Origin: an uncultured Gammaproteobacteria bacterium
Lineage (GTDB): Bacteria; Patescibacteriota; Microgenomatia; Daviesbacterales; UBA10151
Direction of reading: 5' to 3'
Assembly (NCBI GenBank): GCA_964446685.1
Contig: CAYUPO010000001.1
Span: 38,912 to 102,911, forward strand
Length of the DNA: 64,000 bases
In this document: in pieces, positions 45,679-54,905 of the stretch
Layout: every line of letters starts with the position of its first letter
Position numbering within the stretch: position 1 is the first letter of the stretch
Made by a program: the position numbers and the translations under genes
The notes under the pieces: model-generated
What the model was told of the DNA's origin: nothing
The model's database searches: none
The model's input: the letters and a program-made list of their open reading frames with translations, nothing else

Positions 45679-46779
45679 ATGTTAAAATTATCAATATTTC
45701 TTTCAATTATATTTGTTCTAGGTAGTCTGTATTACTGGAAAACTATTCCTTCAAAAAATGCTGAGAATTTTATCTCGCCTTTTCCCTCTGAAACAGTAAC
45801 TATCAATTCACCGGTTCCTCATAGTAGTTCCTCTGACACTGTTATCCCAAAAAGCAAAACTCTGACCAATAATTATCATATTTTCCAGTCATTTAATAAC
45901 TGCGGACCAGCTGCTTTATCAATGGCTTTATCTTACTATGGAATAAATAAATCCCAGGAAGAGTTAGGACAGTCTCTAAGACCCTATCAGAATCCCCAGG
46001 GAGACAACGATGATAAGTCAGTAACTTTGGAAGAAGTGGGCAAAAAAGCCGAAGAGTTTGGGTTGATAGCCTATCACCGCCCTAATGGATCTGTCGAGAT
46101 ATTAAAACAATTTATAGCCCAGGGTATTCCCGTTCTGGCCAGAACTTATTTAAAGAAAGATGACGATATTGGCCATTTCCGAATTATAAAAGGCTATGAT
46201 GATGCTGCTTCACAACTGATACAGGATGATTCTTTTCAGGGCAAAAATCTGAGATATTCTTATACTGAGTTTAATGAACTTTGGGAAGATTTTAATTTTG
46301 AATATTTAGTTTTGGTCCCACCTGACAAAAAAGTAGTAGCTGAATCCATCATCGGATCTGATATTGATCAGACATCTGCCTGGAAGAAATCAGTCGTTGT
46401 GCTGAATAACAAACTTAAACTTAATCCTGAGGACACCACGACTCTTTTTAATTTATCAGTAGCAAAATTTAATTCCGGTGATTTTGAAGGTTCAGTTAAA
46501 TCTTTCGAACGAGTTGAAAATAAACTAACTTTTCGGACTCTCTGGTATCAAATTGAACCAATTGAAGCCTACTATGAAACAGGAAGATATGACAAAGTAC
46601 TCAGTATGACCTCCAAAATTTTAAACAACCAAAACAGAGCCTTTTCGGAGTTGTATATTTTAAGAGCTAAAGTATATTTAAAACAAAACAACCAACAACA
46701 GGCAGCCGAGGAGATTGCTAAAGCAATGCTGTATAACAAAAATATGAAAATAGGTAATGAATTATTAAACCAACTTTAA
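45679..46779 (+). CDS. Secreted/membrane-anchored peptidase C39-like domain protein with C-terminal TPR-like repeats
   Basis: FQSFNNCGPAALSMALSYYG (C39-like Cys box) and downstream His (GHFRIIKGYDD). C-terminal helical repeats (...AKVYLKQNNQQQAAEEIAKAMLYN). Confidence 0.5.
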   Translation: MLKLSIFLSIIFVLGSLYYWKTIPSKNAENFISPFPSETVTINSPVPHSSSSDTVIPKSKTLTNNYHIFQSFNNCGPAALSMALSYYGINKSQEELGQSLRPYQNPQGDNDDKSVTLEEVGKKAEEFGLIAYHRPNGSVEILKQFIAQGIPVLARTYLKKDDDIGHFRIIKGYDDAASQLIQDDSFQGKNLRYSYTEFNELWEDFNFEYLVLVPPDKKVVAESIIGSDIDQTSAWKKSVVVLNNKLKLNPEDTTTLFNLSVAKFNSGDFEGSVKSFERVENKLTFRTLWYQIEPIEAYYETGRYDKVLSMTSKILNNQNRAFSELYILRAKVYLKQNNQQQAAEEIAKAMLYNKNMKIGNELLNQL

Positions 46780-47957
46780 AAAGCTGATTCTTTGACAGCT
46801 CCAGGTCTTAATACCCAGAAAGATAATATAAATCCGATTAATACAAACACTGCTGACCCCATAAATGGAGCGGCCAATGAATACTGAGCCAGTGCCCCTG
46901 CAACCAAAGGTCCAATGATTTGTCCGACACTCATATAGGAAGAATTAAGCCCCTGCATTGATCCCTGGGATTTGGCATCTGTTTCCTGTGACAGGATGGC
47001 CTGGGTTAAGGGTTGAACTGAGTTATTAAAAAATCCCATGATCAGAGATGCCAAAAGGAAAGTAACCAGACTATTGCTTAAAGCAATCAGTAAAAAGCCA
47101 ATGGAAACAATCAAGAGAGATGTTCTAAAAGCTTTTTTAAGCCCCAGCCATTTAGAAAATCTTTGAACAAAAAAGACCTGGCTGAGTATGCCCAACAAAC
47201 CAAAGAAGGAAAAAATAAATGAGATATGCTGTGCATCAAGCCCTAACTGACCTTGAGCAAAAGGCTGAAATGAGGTTATAAAAATCCCAAATGAAACAAA
47301 GAAACAAAGTGTGATCAAAAATGTCACCCCGACATTCGGATCAAATAAAGCATGAAACAATTTTGAAAAATTAAATAAACTGCCCTGTTTTACTTCTCCA
47401 ATATGCTTATTGGTTTCTGGAAGCAGAAAGTATGTTAGTAAAACAGCAATAATCGAGATAATCCCTGCAATAATAAATGGAATTGCGGGAGAGATAGCAA
47501 CTGTAAATCCGGAAATGGCCGGACCGACAAACAGACCGAAACCAAATGAAGCACCTATAATGCCAAAACCTTTGACCCGGTCTTTTTCTTCAGTTGTGTC
47601 TGAGATAACTGCAGCGGCCACCGGAATATTACCAGCTGTTAAACCATCCAGGGCTCTGGCTAAAAATAGAATAATTGCATTTGGAGCAAAAGCCATCATA
47701 AAAAAGGAAACAGCGGTACCGGCAATCGATGCCAAAAGAAGCGGTTTTCTTCCGTATTTATCAGATAATCTGCCAATCAGAGGTGTAGCAATAAACTGAC
47801 AAAGAGAAAAAAGTGCAAACAGCAGCCCATACTGAAAAGCATTTAAGCCAAACCGTTCAGTATAGGTATACAAGATCGGAATAATAATGCCATATCCAAG
47901 TGCATTGACCACCGCAATTAGCGCAATAATTAATAAATTTCGATTATTTTTAAACAT
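46776..47957 (-). CDS. MFS family transporter
   Basis: 12 TM. GRLSDKYGRKPLLL MFS loop motif. Confidence 0.7.
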   Translation of the reverse strand: MFKNNRNLLIIALIAVVNALGYGIIIPILYTYTERFGLNAFQYGLLFALFSLCQFIATPLIGRLSDKYGRKPLLLASIAGTAVSFFMMAFAPNAIILFLARALDGLTAGNIPVAAAVISDTTEEKDRVKGFGIIGASFGFGLFVGPAISGFTVAISPAIPFIIAGIISIIAVLLTYFLLPETNKHIGEVKQGSLFNFSKLFHALFDPNVGVTFLITLCFFVSFGIFITSFQPFAQGQLGLDAQHISFIFSFFGLLGILSQVFFVQRFSKWLGLKKAFRTSLLIVSIGFLLIALSNSLVTFLLASLIMGFFNNSVQPLTQAILSQETDAKSQGSMQGLNSSYMSVGQIIGPLVAGALAQYSLAAPFMGSAVFVLIGFILSFWVLRPGAVKESAF

Positions 47958-48041
47958 ATGAATTATACTTTCCTTTATGAAGTACCGGATAAAACACGAA
48001 AATTAATTCTAAAACATTTAGATATTAATTACCAGTGGCGA

Positions 48042-48170
48042 TTACATCATTGAACCAAAGAGTGATAAGAATAAGACTCCTACAACAAATCCCAGAACAA
48101 ATCCTGCGAGTAAATCTGAATTTATGATAGTTTTTTTAGCTGGTGAGCTAGTGACAGTTTTTTTAGACAT
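48042..48170 (-). CDS. Unlisted 42-aa single-TM small protein with strong Shine-Dalgarno
   Basis: Reverse-strand AAGGAGATCT-ATG, then MSKKTVTSSPAKKTIINSDLLAGFVLGFVVGVLFLSLFGSMM*. Below ORF-track length cut-off. Confidence 0.4.
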   Translation of the reverse strand: MSKKTVTSSPAKKTIINSDLLAGFVLGFVVGVLFLSLFGSMM

Positions 48171-48355
48171 AGATCTCCTTTCTTAATTAACTGTAGAAAA
48201 ATTACTAATTACTGTCAATATAGCTCAGATATTATAAGCCGAGCCGTTTTTGTCAGTACTATGGAAGTATTACGTAAGAATCAGGCAAAATTTGTTTACT
48301 TGCAAGCCTAAATAGCCTATAATGAATGATGTGAAAAGCAGCCCAAGTTTATTCT

Positions 48356-50053
48356 ATGAATCCACAACTGATTTCCTTACTCAAACCCTTATATAAAAAA
48401 GAATCCGAACGGATTGTACTGGAGCTGGAGAAATACGCCAAAACTATTCAGAAGATTGAATTACAAAAACCAGATCTTAACTGGTACAAATTTATTGATA
48501 TGTATTCAACCTACCCAGATGGTTTGAGATTAAACAGACAAAAAAAGCCATTCGAGAATCTGGAAGACCACATCGATATTATTCAGAAACTAGGCTGTAA
48601 TGCGTTACATATTTTACCTTTTTTAAAATCTCCCATGATTGATAAAGGGTTTGATATCTCAGATTTTTACCAACCACGAAGCGAACTTGGAACTTTAAAA
48701 CAGCTGCAAAGCGTTGTTAAAAAAGCCAGTGACAACGGAGTCTGGGTATTTATGGATCTGGTATTTAATCATGTTTCTGAGGAACATGATTGGTTTAAAA
48801 AAGCCCAGAGTGGTGATGAAAAATATCGAAATTATTTTCTGTTCACTAAAGAAAAACCAAAATACATCAGATCTTTTGAAAAGGATAGTGCGGTCTGGGC
48901 AGAATTTGAAGTTGAGCAGAAAAAAATTGCCGTTAATATTGCTTTTCCTGATCGTCCGGGAGAGATCCCTTTATTCCGCCAAGGAAGTGATGGTTATTGG
49001 TATTATCACACTTATTATCCGGAGGAAATAGATTTAAATTGGTTTAATCCGGATGTTTTTATTGAAATGGCCAAAATAATGATGTTTTGGTGTAGTCAGG
49101 GTTTTAATTTCAGATTAGATGCGATCCCTTTTATTGGTAAAAAAATGTATAAAAATCCGAGTGTGGCGAATGATTTTACTCATAAAATAGTAGCAGCTCT
49201 ACGGAATATTGCTACATCAATAAATCCGGAGTGTGTTTTGCTTGTTGAAACATATGAAAAACTGGATTCTATTATTCAGTACTTTGGAACTACCAATGAA
49301 GCAGAAGCTAATTTGGCTTACAACTTTTTCCTGACAACTGCAACCTGGGTTAGTATGGCTACAGAAGACAACAGCCATATCTGGAAGAATTTAGGTAAGA
49401 TGAGTATCACACCGAAGCACGCAGAATGGATAAATTTTTTAAGAAATCATGATGAACTGAGTTTGGCCTATCTGGCAGAAAAAGATTTGCAGGTTGTTCA
49501 TCAAAAATTGTCTTCTTTAGGTCAGCCCTTCAGAAGCAAATTTGGAATCTCCGGTCGGACTTATTCTTTACTCAAGCATAATCAAAAAAAGTTTTTCATG
49601 GCTTACTTTCTGCTGATGTCCTTACCAGGAGGAGTTATGATCCAGTACGGTGATGAGATTGGAAAAGGTAATATCCCCCTGGATAAACTTCCCACAAAAC
49701 TGCAGCAAGACACCAGAAATATTAATCGAGGTGTGATCACAAGGAAAGAATATTTTTCTAAAAAGTCACAGACTTTTTTTAAATTTATGTCTTACTTTTT
49801 TCATAAAAGACGGGAGTTTCGTGATTATTTAAATGTCTGGCCTAAAAAAATATCAACTGCTAAAGAAATAATTGCGGCCAGTTATCAGCTGGGTATTTCT
49901 GAATTACGATTTTATGTCAACCTATCTTCTCTGAGTAAAAAAATTTCAGCCAAAACAGCTGATTTTCAAATATTGGCAACAGTTAATAATGCAAAAATGA
50001 CTAATGGAAAGATTGAATTAGGACCATATGGCGGCATCTGGATCCAAAAATAA
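48356..50053 (+). CDS. GH13 alpha-amylase-family enzyme (sucrose phosphorylase/amylosucrase-like)
   Basis: Region I DLVFNHVS, region II GFNFRLDAIPFIG, region IV FLRNHDE. 565 aa. Confidence 0.65.
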   Translation: MNPQLISLLKPLYKKESERIVLELEKYAKTIQKIELQKPDLNWYKFIDMYSTYPDGLRLNRQKKPFENLEDHIDIIQKLGCNALHILPFLKSPMIDKGFDISDFYQPRSELGTLKQLQSVVKKASDNGVWVFMDLVFNHVSEEHDWFKKAQSGDEKYRNYFLFTKEKPKYIRSFEKDSAVWAEFEVEQKKIAVNIAFPDRPGEIPLFRQGSDGYWYYHTYYPEEIDLNWFNPDVFIEMAKIMMFWCSQGFNFRLDAIPFIGKKMYKNPSVANDFTHKIVAALRNIATSINPECVLLVETYEKLDSIIQYFGTTNEAEANLAYNFFLTTATWVSMATEDNSHIWKNLGKMSITPKHAEWINFLRNHDELSLAYLAEKDLQVVHQKLSSLGQPFRSKFGISGRTYSLLKHNQKKFFMAYFLLMSLPGGVMIQYGDEIGKGNIPLDKLPTKLQQDTRNINRGVITRKEYFSKKSQTFFKFMSYFFHKRREFRDYLNVWPKKISTAKEIIAASYQLGISELRFYVNLSSLSKKISAKTADFQILATVNNAKMTNGKIELGPYGGIWIQK

Positions 50054-50209
50054 ATCAACCATGGGCTAACGCTGCGTAGTGTCCTTGTTCTCGCATTACC
50101 CAACCTTCCTACGGTGGAATGGCTTCATCCCCAATGCAAGCATCGAGGTACCACACTCACAAATGAAGCCAAAACATTTCGATCAAATGAGATAGTCTCG
50201 GTAAAAAGT

Positions 50210-51820
50210 TTAGGTGAGTTCGATAACAAGGCCTTCATTTGCAGCTAGTGAAATTGTTGTAAGTAAAACTGATTTATCTATTTTTTCAAGTTTAGTATCA
50301 ACTAATATTTTTCCTTTGCTAAAAGGAGTTTTTATACTCTGTTTTTGATGACTATAGTTTAATAGGACCAAAATCATTGAATCATGAAAAATTCTTAGAA
50401 AGGCCAAAATCTGGTCATTATTTAAAGTCAGTATTTGCTGAGAGCCAAACTGAAAAGCTTTGTGTGACTTTCTTAACCTTAACAACTTTTTATATAAAGA
50501 AAGCAGAGAATGAGGATCCTTGTTTTCTTTTCTGGTGTTGACCTGCTTATAATTTGGATTAATAGGTAACCAGCTTTCTTCGGCTGTGGTAAATCCGGCC
50601 ATTGAGTCATCAGTCCACTGCATTGGTGTTCTGGCCGGATCTCTGCCTAATCCAAGACCTGGAGTCTTTATTTCAAATGGATCCTGAATTTTATCAGGTG
50701 GAATTTCAGTATTAGACATTCCAATTTCATCACCATTATAAATATATGCCATCCCTCTCAAAGATAAGATCAGCATCGCCGCTATTCTGGATTGTGCTAA
50801 ACCAATTCTGGAAACTAATCTTGGTCTATCATGATTACCTGTGACATAAGTTGGAACATATAGAGAACCTACTTTTTTGTCATATTTATCAATAAAATCA
50901 CGGTGAACTTCCGGTGTCCAGGGAAGTGTAATTAGACCAAAATTAAATGGCGTAAACCAATCTTTTTCAATCCGGTTGTACCATTTGACTGCATCTTCCA
51001 TTTCTGACCAGACTTCAATCACCATAAATTTATCATTGAAATTTTCTAATGGTCTGGTCAACTCTTTAATAATCTGGGTCAGTTCAGGAAGAGCAAAAGT
51101 TTTGGTATGTAAAACCATATGGTATGGATCTGCCCCCTGAACAAAAGCCAGATTTTCCGGTTCGTCTTCAAAACTGGGATCTTTCACCATCCATTCAATC
51201 GCATCTATCCGGAATCCATCAACTCCCAGTTCCAGCCAATAGCTTAAGATATCCTGCATTTCTTTGACTACCGCCGGATTATGCCAGTTTAAATCAATCT
51301 GATCTTCATCAAATGAATGGAGATAATACTGCTTGGTGTGTTCATCAAATTTCCAGGCAGAACCGCCAAATACACTTCGCCAGTTGTTGGGAGGAGAACC
51401 ATCTGCTTTAGGATCTTTCCAGATATAGTAGTCTCTTTTTGGATTGTCTTTTGAAGAGCGGGATTCTTTGAACCATTGATGTTCAGACGAGGTGTGATTT
51501 GGTACAAAATCCATCATCACCTTGATACCACGATTATGCGCTTCTGTAATTAATTTTTTAAATGTTGTTAAATCCCCAAAAAGTGGGTCAATGTTTTTAT
51601 AATCAGAAGTGTCATAGCCAAAATCAGCCTGCGGGGAGTTGTAAATTGGTGATAACCAGATGGCATCAACACCCAAAGAAAATTCAGTGTTACCATTTAG
51701 ATAATTCAGCCGGTCAATAACACCGTTAAGATCCCCTACCCCATCAGCATTGGTATCTTTAAAGCTACGAACATAAATATGATAAACAACAGAATAGGGA
51801 TTCCACTTGATCGAAGACAT
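50210..51820 (-). CDS. GH13 alpha-glucosidase (oligo-1,6-glucosidase/trehalose-6-phosphate hydrolase-like)
   Basis: DAIWLSPIYNSPQADFGYDTSDY, VMMDFVPNHTSSEHQWF, GVDGFRIDAIEWM, IEVWSEM, YVTGNHDRPR. Confidence 0.75.
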   Translation of the reverse strand: MSSIKWNPYSVVYHIYVRSFKDTNADGVGDLNGVIDRLNYLNGNTEFSLGVDAIWLSPIYNSPQADFGYDTSDYKNIDPLFGDLTTFKKLITEAHNRGIKVMMDFVPNHTSSEHQWFKESRSSKDNPKRDYYIWKDPKADGSPPNNWRSVFGGSAWKFDEHTKQYYLHSFDEDQIDLNWHNPAVVKEMQDILSYWLELGVDGFRIDAIEWMVKDPSFEDEPENLAFVQGADPYHMVLHTKTFALPELTQIIKELTRPLENFNDKFMVIEVWSEMEDAVKWYNRIEKDWFTPFNFGLITLPWTPEVHRDFIDKYDKKVGSLYVPTYVTGNHDRPRLVSRIGLAQSRIAAMLILSLRGMAYIYNGDEIGMSNTEIPPDKIQDPFEIKTPGLGLGRDPARTPMQWTDDSMAGFTTAEESWLPINPNYKQVNTRKENKDPHSLLSLYKKLLRLRKSHKAFQFGSQQILTLNNDQILAFLRIFHDSMILVLLNYSHQKQSIKTPFSKGKILVDTKLEKIDKSVLLTTISLAANEGLVIELT

Positions 51821-51823
51821 AAG

Positions 51824-52066
51824 TTAATCAAGGTTAGTACTTCCAACCGGAACAGGCAAGTCTTCATTTGCATCGGGATACAAACCCATTTCTTTGGCAT
51901 CTTCAAAAGTGTTAGTTTTAGTTGCCAGCTCGGGATCGGATTCTGTACCATATTTAGTTAACTCATCATAATTTTCAGGCGAAGTTTTTTGGATTTCTTC
52001 ACTCATTTCATCTCCGCCGGCAGTCGGATCCGCAATATTTAAATTTTGATCATCTGTATTATCCAT
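51824..52066 (-). CDS. Small acidic hypothetical protein, translationally coupled to GH13 gene
   Basis: 80 aa, highly acidic/disordered. Stop 3 bp before downstream GH13 start. Confidence 0.3.
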   Translation of the reverse strand: MDNTDDQNLNIADPTAGGDEMSEEIQKTSPENYDELTKYGTESDPELATKTNTFEDAKEMGLYPDANEDLPVPVGSTNLD

Positions 52067-52131
52067 AAAACTAGAATAAGTGAACCATAAGAAAAGTAAA
52101 TTTTATTTAGGTAAGAAAAGAGTAATAGAGG

Positions 52132-52425
52132 CTATTTAGTATTAATTTTAAACAAAACAGCAACTGACAGAGCGGCTATAGCTAAGTTTAAAACTGCCAT
52201 TTCAACCATCCCTGAAACAGCGGCATCATAGACTAAAACTAAAGTCCCCAGTCCATAAATAAAAATAAATAGGTTGTTTATTGATTTATCTTTATGAGTA
52301 ATCAGCAGAAATTGAATTAACCAGGCAACTGTGATCATTATCAGGCCAAATAGTGTCATATATTTATAATCCTCATTTAGAAGCAAAAAGTCAAGCAAAA
52401 CAAAGAATATAATAGTTACTGGCAA
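52132..52425 (-). CDS. Small membrane protein (3 TM), hypothetical
   Basis: 97 aa hydrophobic. Confidence 0.35.
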   Translation of the reverse strand: MPVTIIFFVLLDFLLLNEDYKYMTLFGLIMITVAWLIQFLLITHKDKSINNLFIFIYGLGTLVLVYDAAVSGMVEMAVLNLAIAALSVAVLFKINTK

Positions 52426-52461
52426 AATTAAGACTTATAGGATAAAATTATAAAACTATTT

Positions 52462-53424
52462 ATGCAATTTTTAACTATCAAGCGTATTATCATTTCTGCC
52501 TTGATTATTCTTTCATTAATTTGGGGAGTAATTTTATTTTTGGTATTGACTGACTCATCATACCATCTGATTCAGCTTCCTTTACCTGATATTAAAGGAA
52601 TTGCCACCTCAGTTCAGCCGATAGATGAGAGTAAAGTCAGACAACTTCAGCCACTTCAACAAGATCTAATCTTGGCAACAGGTGATGGATCCAGTTTTAC
52701 TGATAAAGCAGTTTTGGTCACAGGTGCAGCTACCCCGAGCGCAATTTTAAAAAATAATGAATTGATCGCCTATTTTAATTATTTTCCTGAAGGACAAAGA
52801 CGTTCTTATGGCAGTATTCATCAAATAAAATCAGTGGATAAAGGCCAAACCTGGAGTAATCCCGCACAAATAATGATATTTAATGCTCCCGCTCTAGCAA
52901 CCGTTCCGTTTTCTCCTAAAGTAGTGCTACTGCCAAATAATAAAATAAAGCTGTATTTCTTAGCCCGGAAAAGAGATGAGGAACAAACTAAACTGTTTGC
53001 GGCTGTATCTGATGACGGCATAAAATTTGCTTTTGATCCTTCAACCTCTTTTGAACTTGAAGGTCAATCTCTGATTAGTTATGCAGTAACTATTTTGGAT
53101 TATAAAATGCATTTACTTGCATATACTAGGGAAGGAAGTGCATCCTTTACCGCTCATCATGCTATTTCCTATGACACAAGCGTGTTTACCAGACTAGCTG
53201 ATGTAGTAATTAAAGATTCCTATTATGGGCAAAATTCCTTAGTTACTGATGGTTCAAAACTCATTTTATATGGTGCATCTGATAAAGGGTTATGGAAAAG
53301 CAATTCACCAGATGGTAATTCCTGGAGCTCAATCAACTATTTAAATAACCAAACAGAAAACCCCGGGCTGATATATAAAGATAATTTATATTACCTATTT
53401 TATACAAAAACTTCAGAAAGATAG
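52462..53424 (+). CDS. Secreted BNR/Asp-box repeat (sialidase-like beta-propeller) protein
   Basis: N-terminal TM/signal. Asp-boxes SVDKGQTWSNP and SPDGNSWSS. Confidence 0.45.
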   Translation: MQFLTIKRIIISALIILSLIWGVILFLVLTDSSYHLIQLPLPDIKGIATSVQPIDESKVRQLQPLQQDLILATGDGSSFTDKAVLVTGAATPSAILKNNELIAYFNYFPEGQRRSYGSIHQIKSVDKGQTWSNPAQIMIFNAPALATVPFSPKVVLLPNNKIKLYFLARKRDEEQTKLFAAVSDDGIKFAFDPSTSFELEGQSLISYAVTILDYKMHLLAYTREGSASFTAHHAISYDTSVFTRLADVVIKDSYYGQNSLVTDGSKLILYGASDKGLWKSNSPDGNSWSSINYLNNQTENPGLIYKDNLYYLFYTKTSER

Positions 53425-53425
53425 A

Positions 53426-53641
53426 TTAACCCTGGAATAATTTTAAAAGAGCAGTTAAAACAAAACTGATAATAAGCGAACTTAAAAGTGGGTAGTAAAC
53501 TGCGACCGCACCTTTTTTAGATAAAAGTACAGCATGTACCCGGCCAATCAGGGATTTTTTGGGAGCAACAGCAAAAGCAATTCCGAGTAAAATAATAGCA
53601 AAACTAAAGTAAACGACTGGACTGATGGCAGATCCGAACAT
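53426..53641 (-). CDS. Small membrane protein, hypothetical
   Basis: 71 aa, two TM. Confidence 0.3.
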   Translation of the reverse strand: MFGSAISPVVYFSFAIILLGIAFAVAPKKSLIGRVHAVLLSKKGAVAVYYPLLSSLIISFVLTALLKLFQG

Positions 53642-53781
53642 AAAAACAGTCTATCAAAGAATATGGTATTTTTCCAGTATGAATTATGTAAATAAGCTCA
53701 GCAGTACAGGCTAATCTACTGATTGTAGATTCTTTTACTCCCACCTTCCAGACTTCACAAAAATAATAGTAACCGCTTGTT

Positions 53782-54504
53782 TTAAAAGTAAATTTTAATC
53801 TTATTTTTTAAATATTTTTGGCGTAAATCTTCCGAAAAGTGTTCAATAGCATATCGCAGCATTGTTCGGGGCATCACCTGATAATGTTTGTTTAAGAATT
53901 CTTTTTCAATTTCTGGGGAAATTCTTTTGCCTATTTCTCGAAGCATCCAGCCGACTGCTTTCTGAATTAAATCATGTTTATCATCGAGCAACATTTCGGC
54001 TAAATTAAAAGTATCTTGATATTCTTTGGCATTAATAAACCGAGCAGTAGTTAAAACAGCAATCCGTCTTTCCCACCACTTATCTGATTTCACTAATTTA
54101 TATATGATTTGCCTATCTTTTCTTAGTAAATAATCACCCAAAATATAGCTAGCAGATGAATCTACCAAATCCCACGAATTGATAAAATTAGTGTGTTTTA
54201 AATAAAATCTGGCAATTTGATCCTTCAGATGATCATCTGCTCTTTTATACTTTAAAACCAATATAAACAAAGCAATTAATTTTTCCTCATGTATATTACT
54301 TTCAAGTAAGATCTGCACATCATTGAAATCTAAATCAATAAACTGCTTAGCAACTTTTCTTGAGTCTGGCACTCTAATACCCAGAAATATTTCATCAGAA
54401 GGAATTGTTTCCTTAGTAAAATATTTTTTTAAAAACATAGATTTGGCAGGATTCTGGTACTGTTTAAGTTCGCTTTTTAAATCTTCAAGACGGAGAGCCT
54501 GCAT
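53782..54504 (-). CDS. DNA alkylation repair enzyme family (AlkC/AlkD-like HEAT-repeat glycosylase)
   Basis: N-terminus LEDLKSELKQYQNPAKSMFLKKYFTKE...FLGIRVPDSRKVAKQF and W/R-rich helical repeats typical of PF08713. Confidence 0.5.
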   Translation of the reverse strand: MQALRLEDLKSELKQYQNPAKSMFLKKYFTKETIPSDEIFLGIRVPDSRKVAKQFIDLDFNDVQILLESNIHEEKLIALFILVLKYKRADDHLKDQIARFYLKHTNFINSWDLVDSSASYILGDYLLRKDRQIIYKLVKSDKWWERRIAVLTTARFINAKEYQDTFNLAEMLLDDKHDLIQKAVGWMLREIGKRISPEIEKEFLNKHYQVMPRTMLRYAIEHFSEDLRQKYLKNKIKIYF

Positions 54505-54618
54505 GAATGTAGAATACTGAAGCTAAATAGGTATTGCAAGAGGTTGATAAATGGAATAAGATTTGTGATATTTATTTAATTATTTCTTTTAAATTTTAAT
54601 AAGTGATAAACTAAATTA

Positions 54619-54903
54619 ATGACAAAAACTGATCAATATTACAATTTAATGCTTGAACAAAATAAACAGGCTTTTGAGCTTTTTAAGCAAGTCCATGATG
54701 AATTTGCGAAAAATCCTGATCACTACCGGGAAGTTTTTAATGAAATGGGACGAGAAATCCAGGATATCGTCAGAAGGTATGAAAATATGCTTTGTTCAGG
54801 TAGTGAGAATGGCGGATACGGTAAGTTTAGTACCAAATTATCGGAAAAATTTCAGGCCAAGATCCTCAAAGAATTTCCTAAATATAATCATATCGGATTT
54901 TAA
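54619..54903 (+). CDS. Hypothetical small protein
   Basis: 94 aa helical, no motif. Confidence 0.3.
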   Translation: MTKTDQYYNLMLEQNKQAFELFKQVHDEFAKNPDHYREVFNEMGREIQDIVRRYENMLCSGSENGGYGKFSTKLSEKFQAKILKEFPKYNHIGF

Positions 54904-54905
54904 TC

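Noticed and set aside
47410-47799. 129-aa plus-strand ORF inside the MFS transporter gene
   Set aside because: Antisense to a 12-TM MFS gene with conserved loop motif. Its translation is low-complexity.
50100-50209. Possible tRNA in the GC-rich convergent spacer
   Set aside because: No GTTCGAATCC-like T-arm, no plausible acceptor stem or anticodon arm. Kept only as a candidate unstructured or unknown ncRNA.
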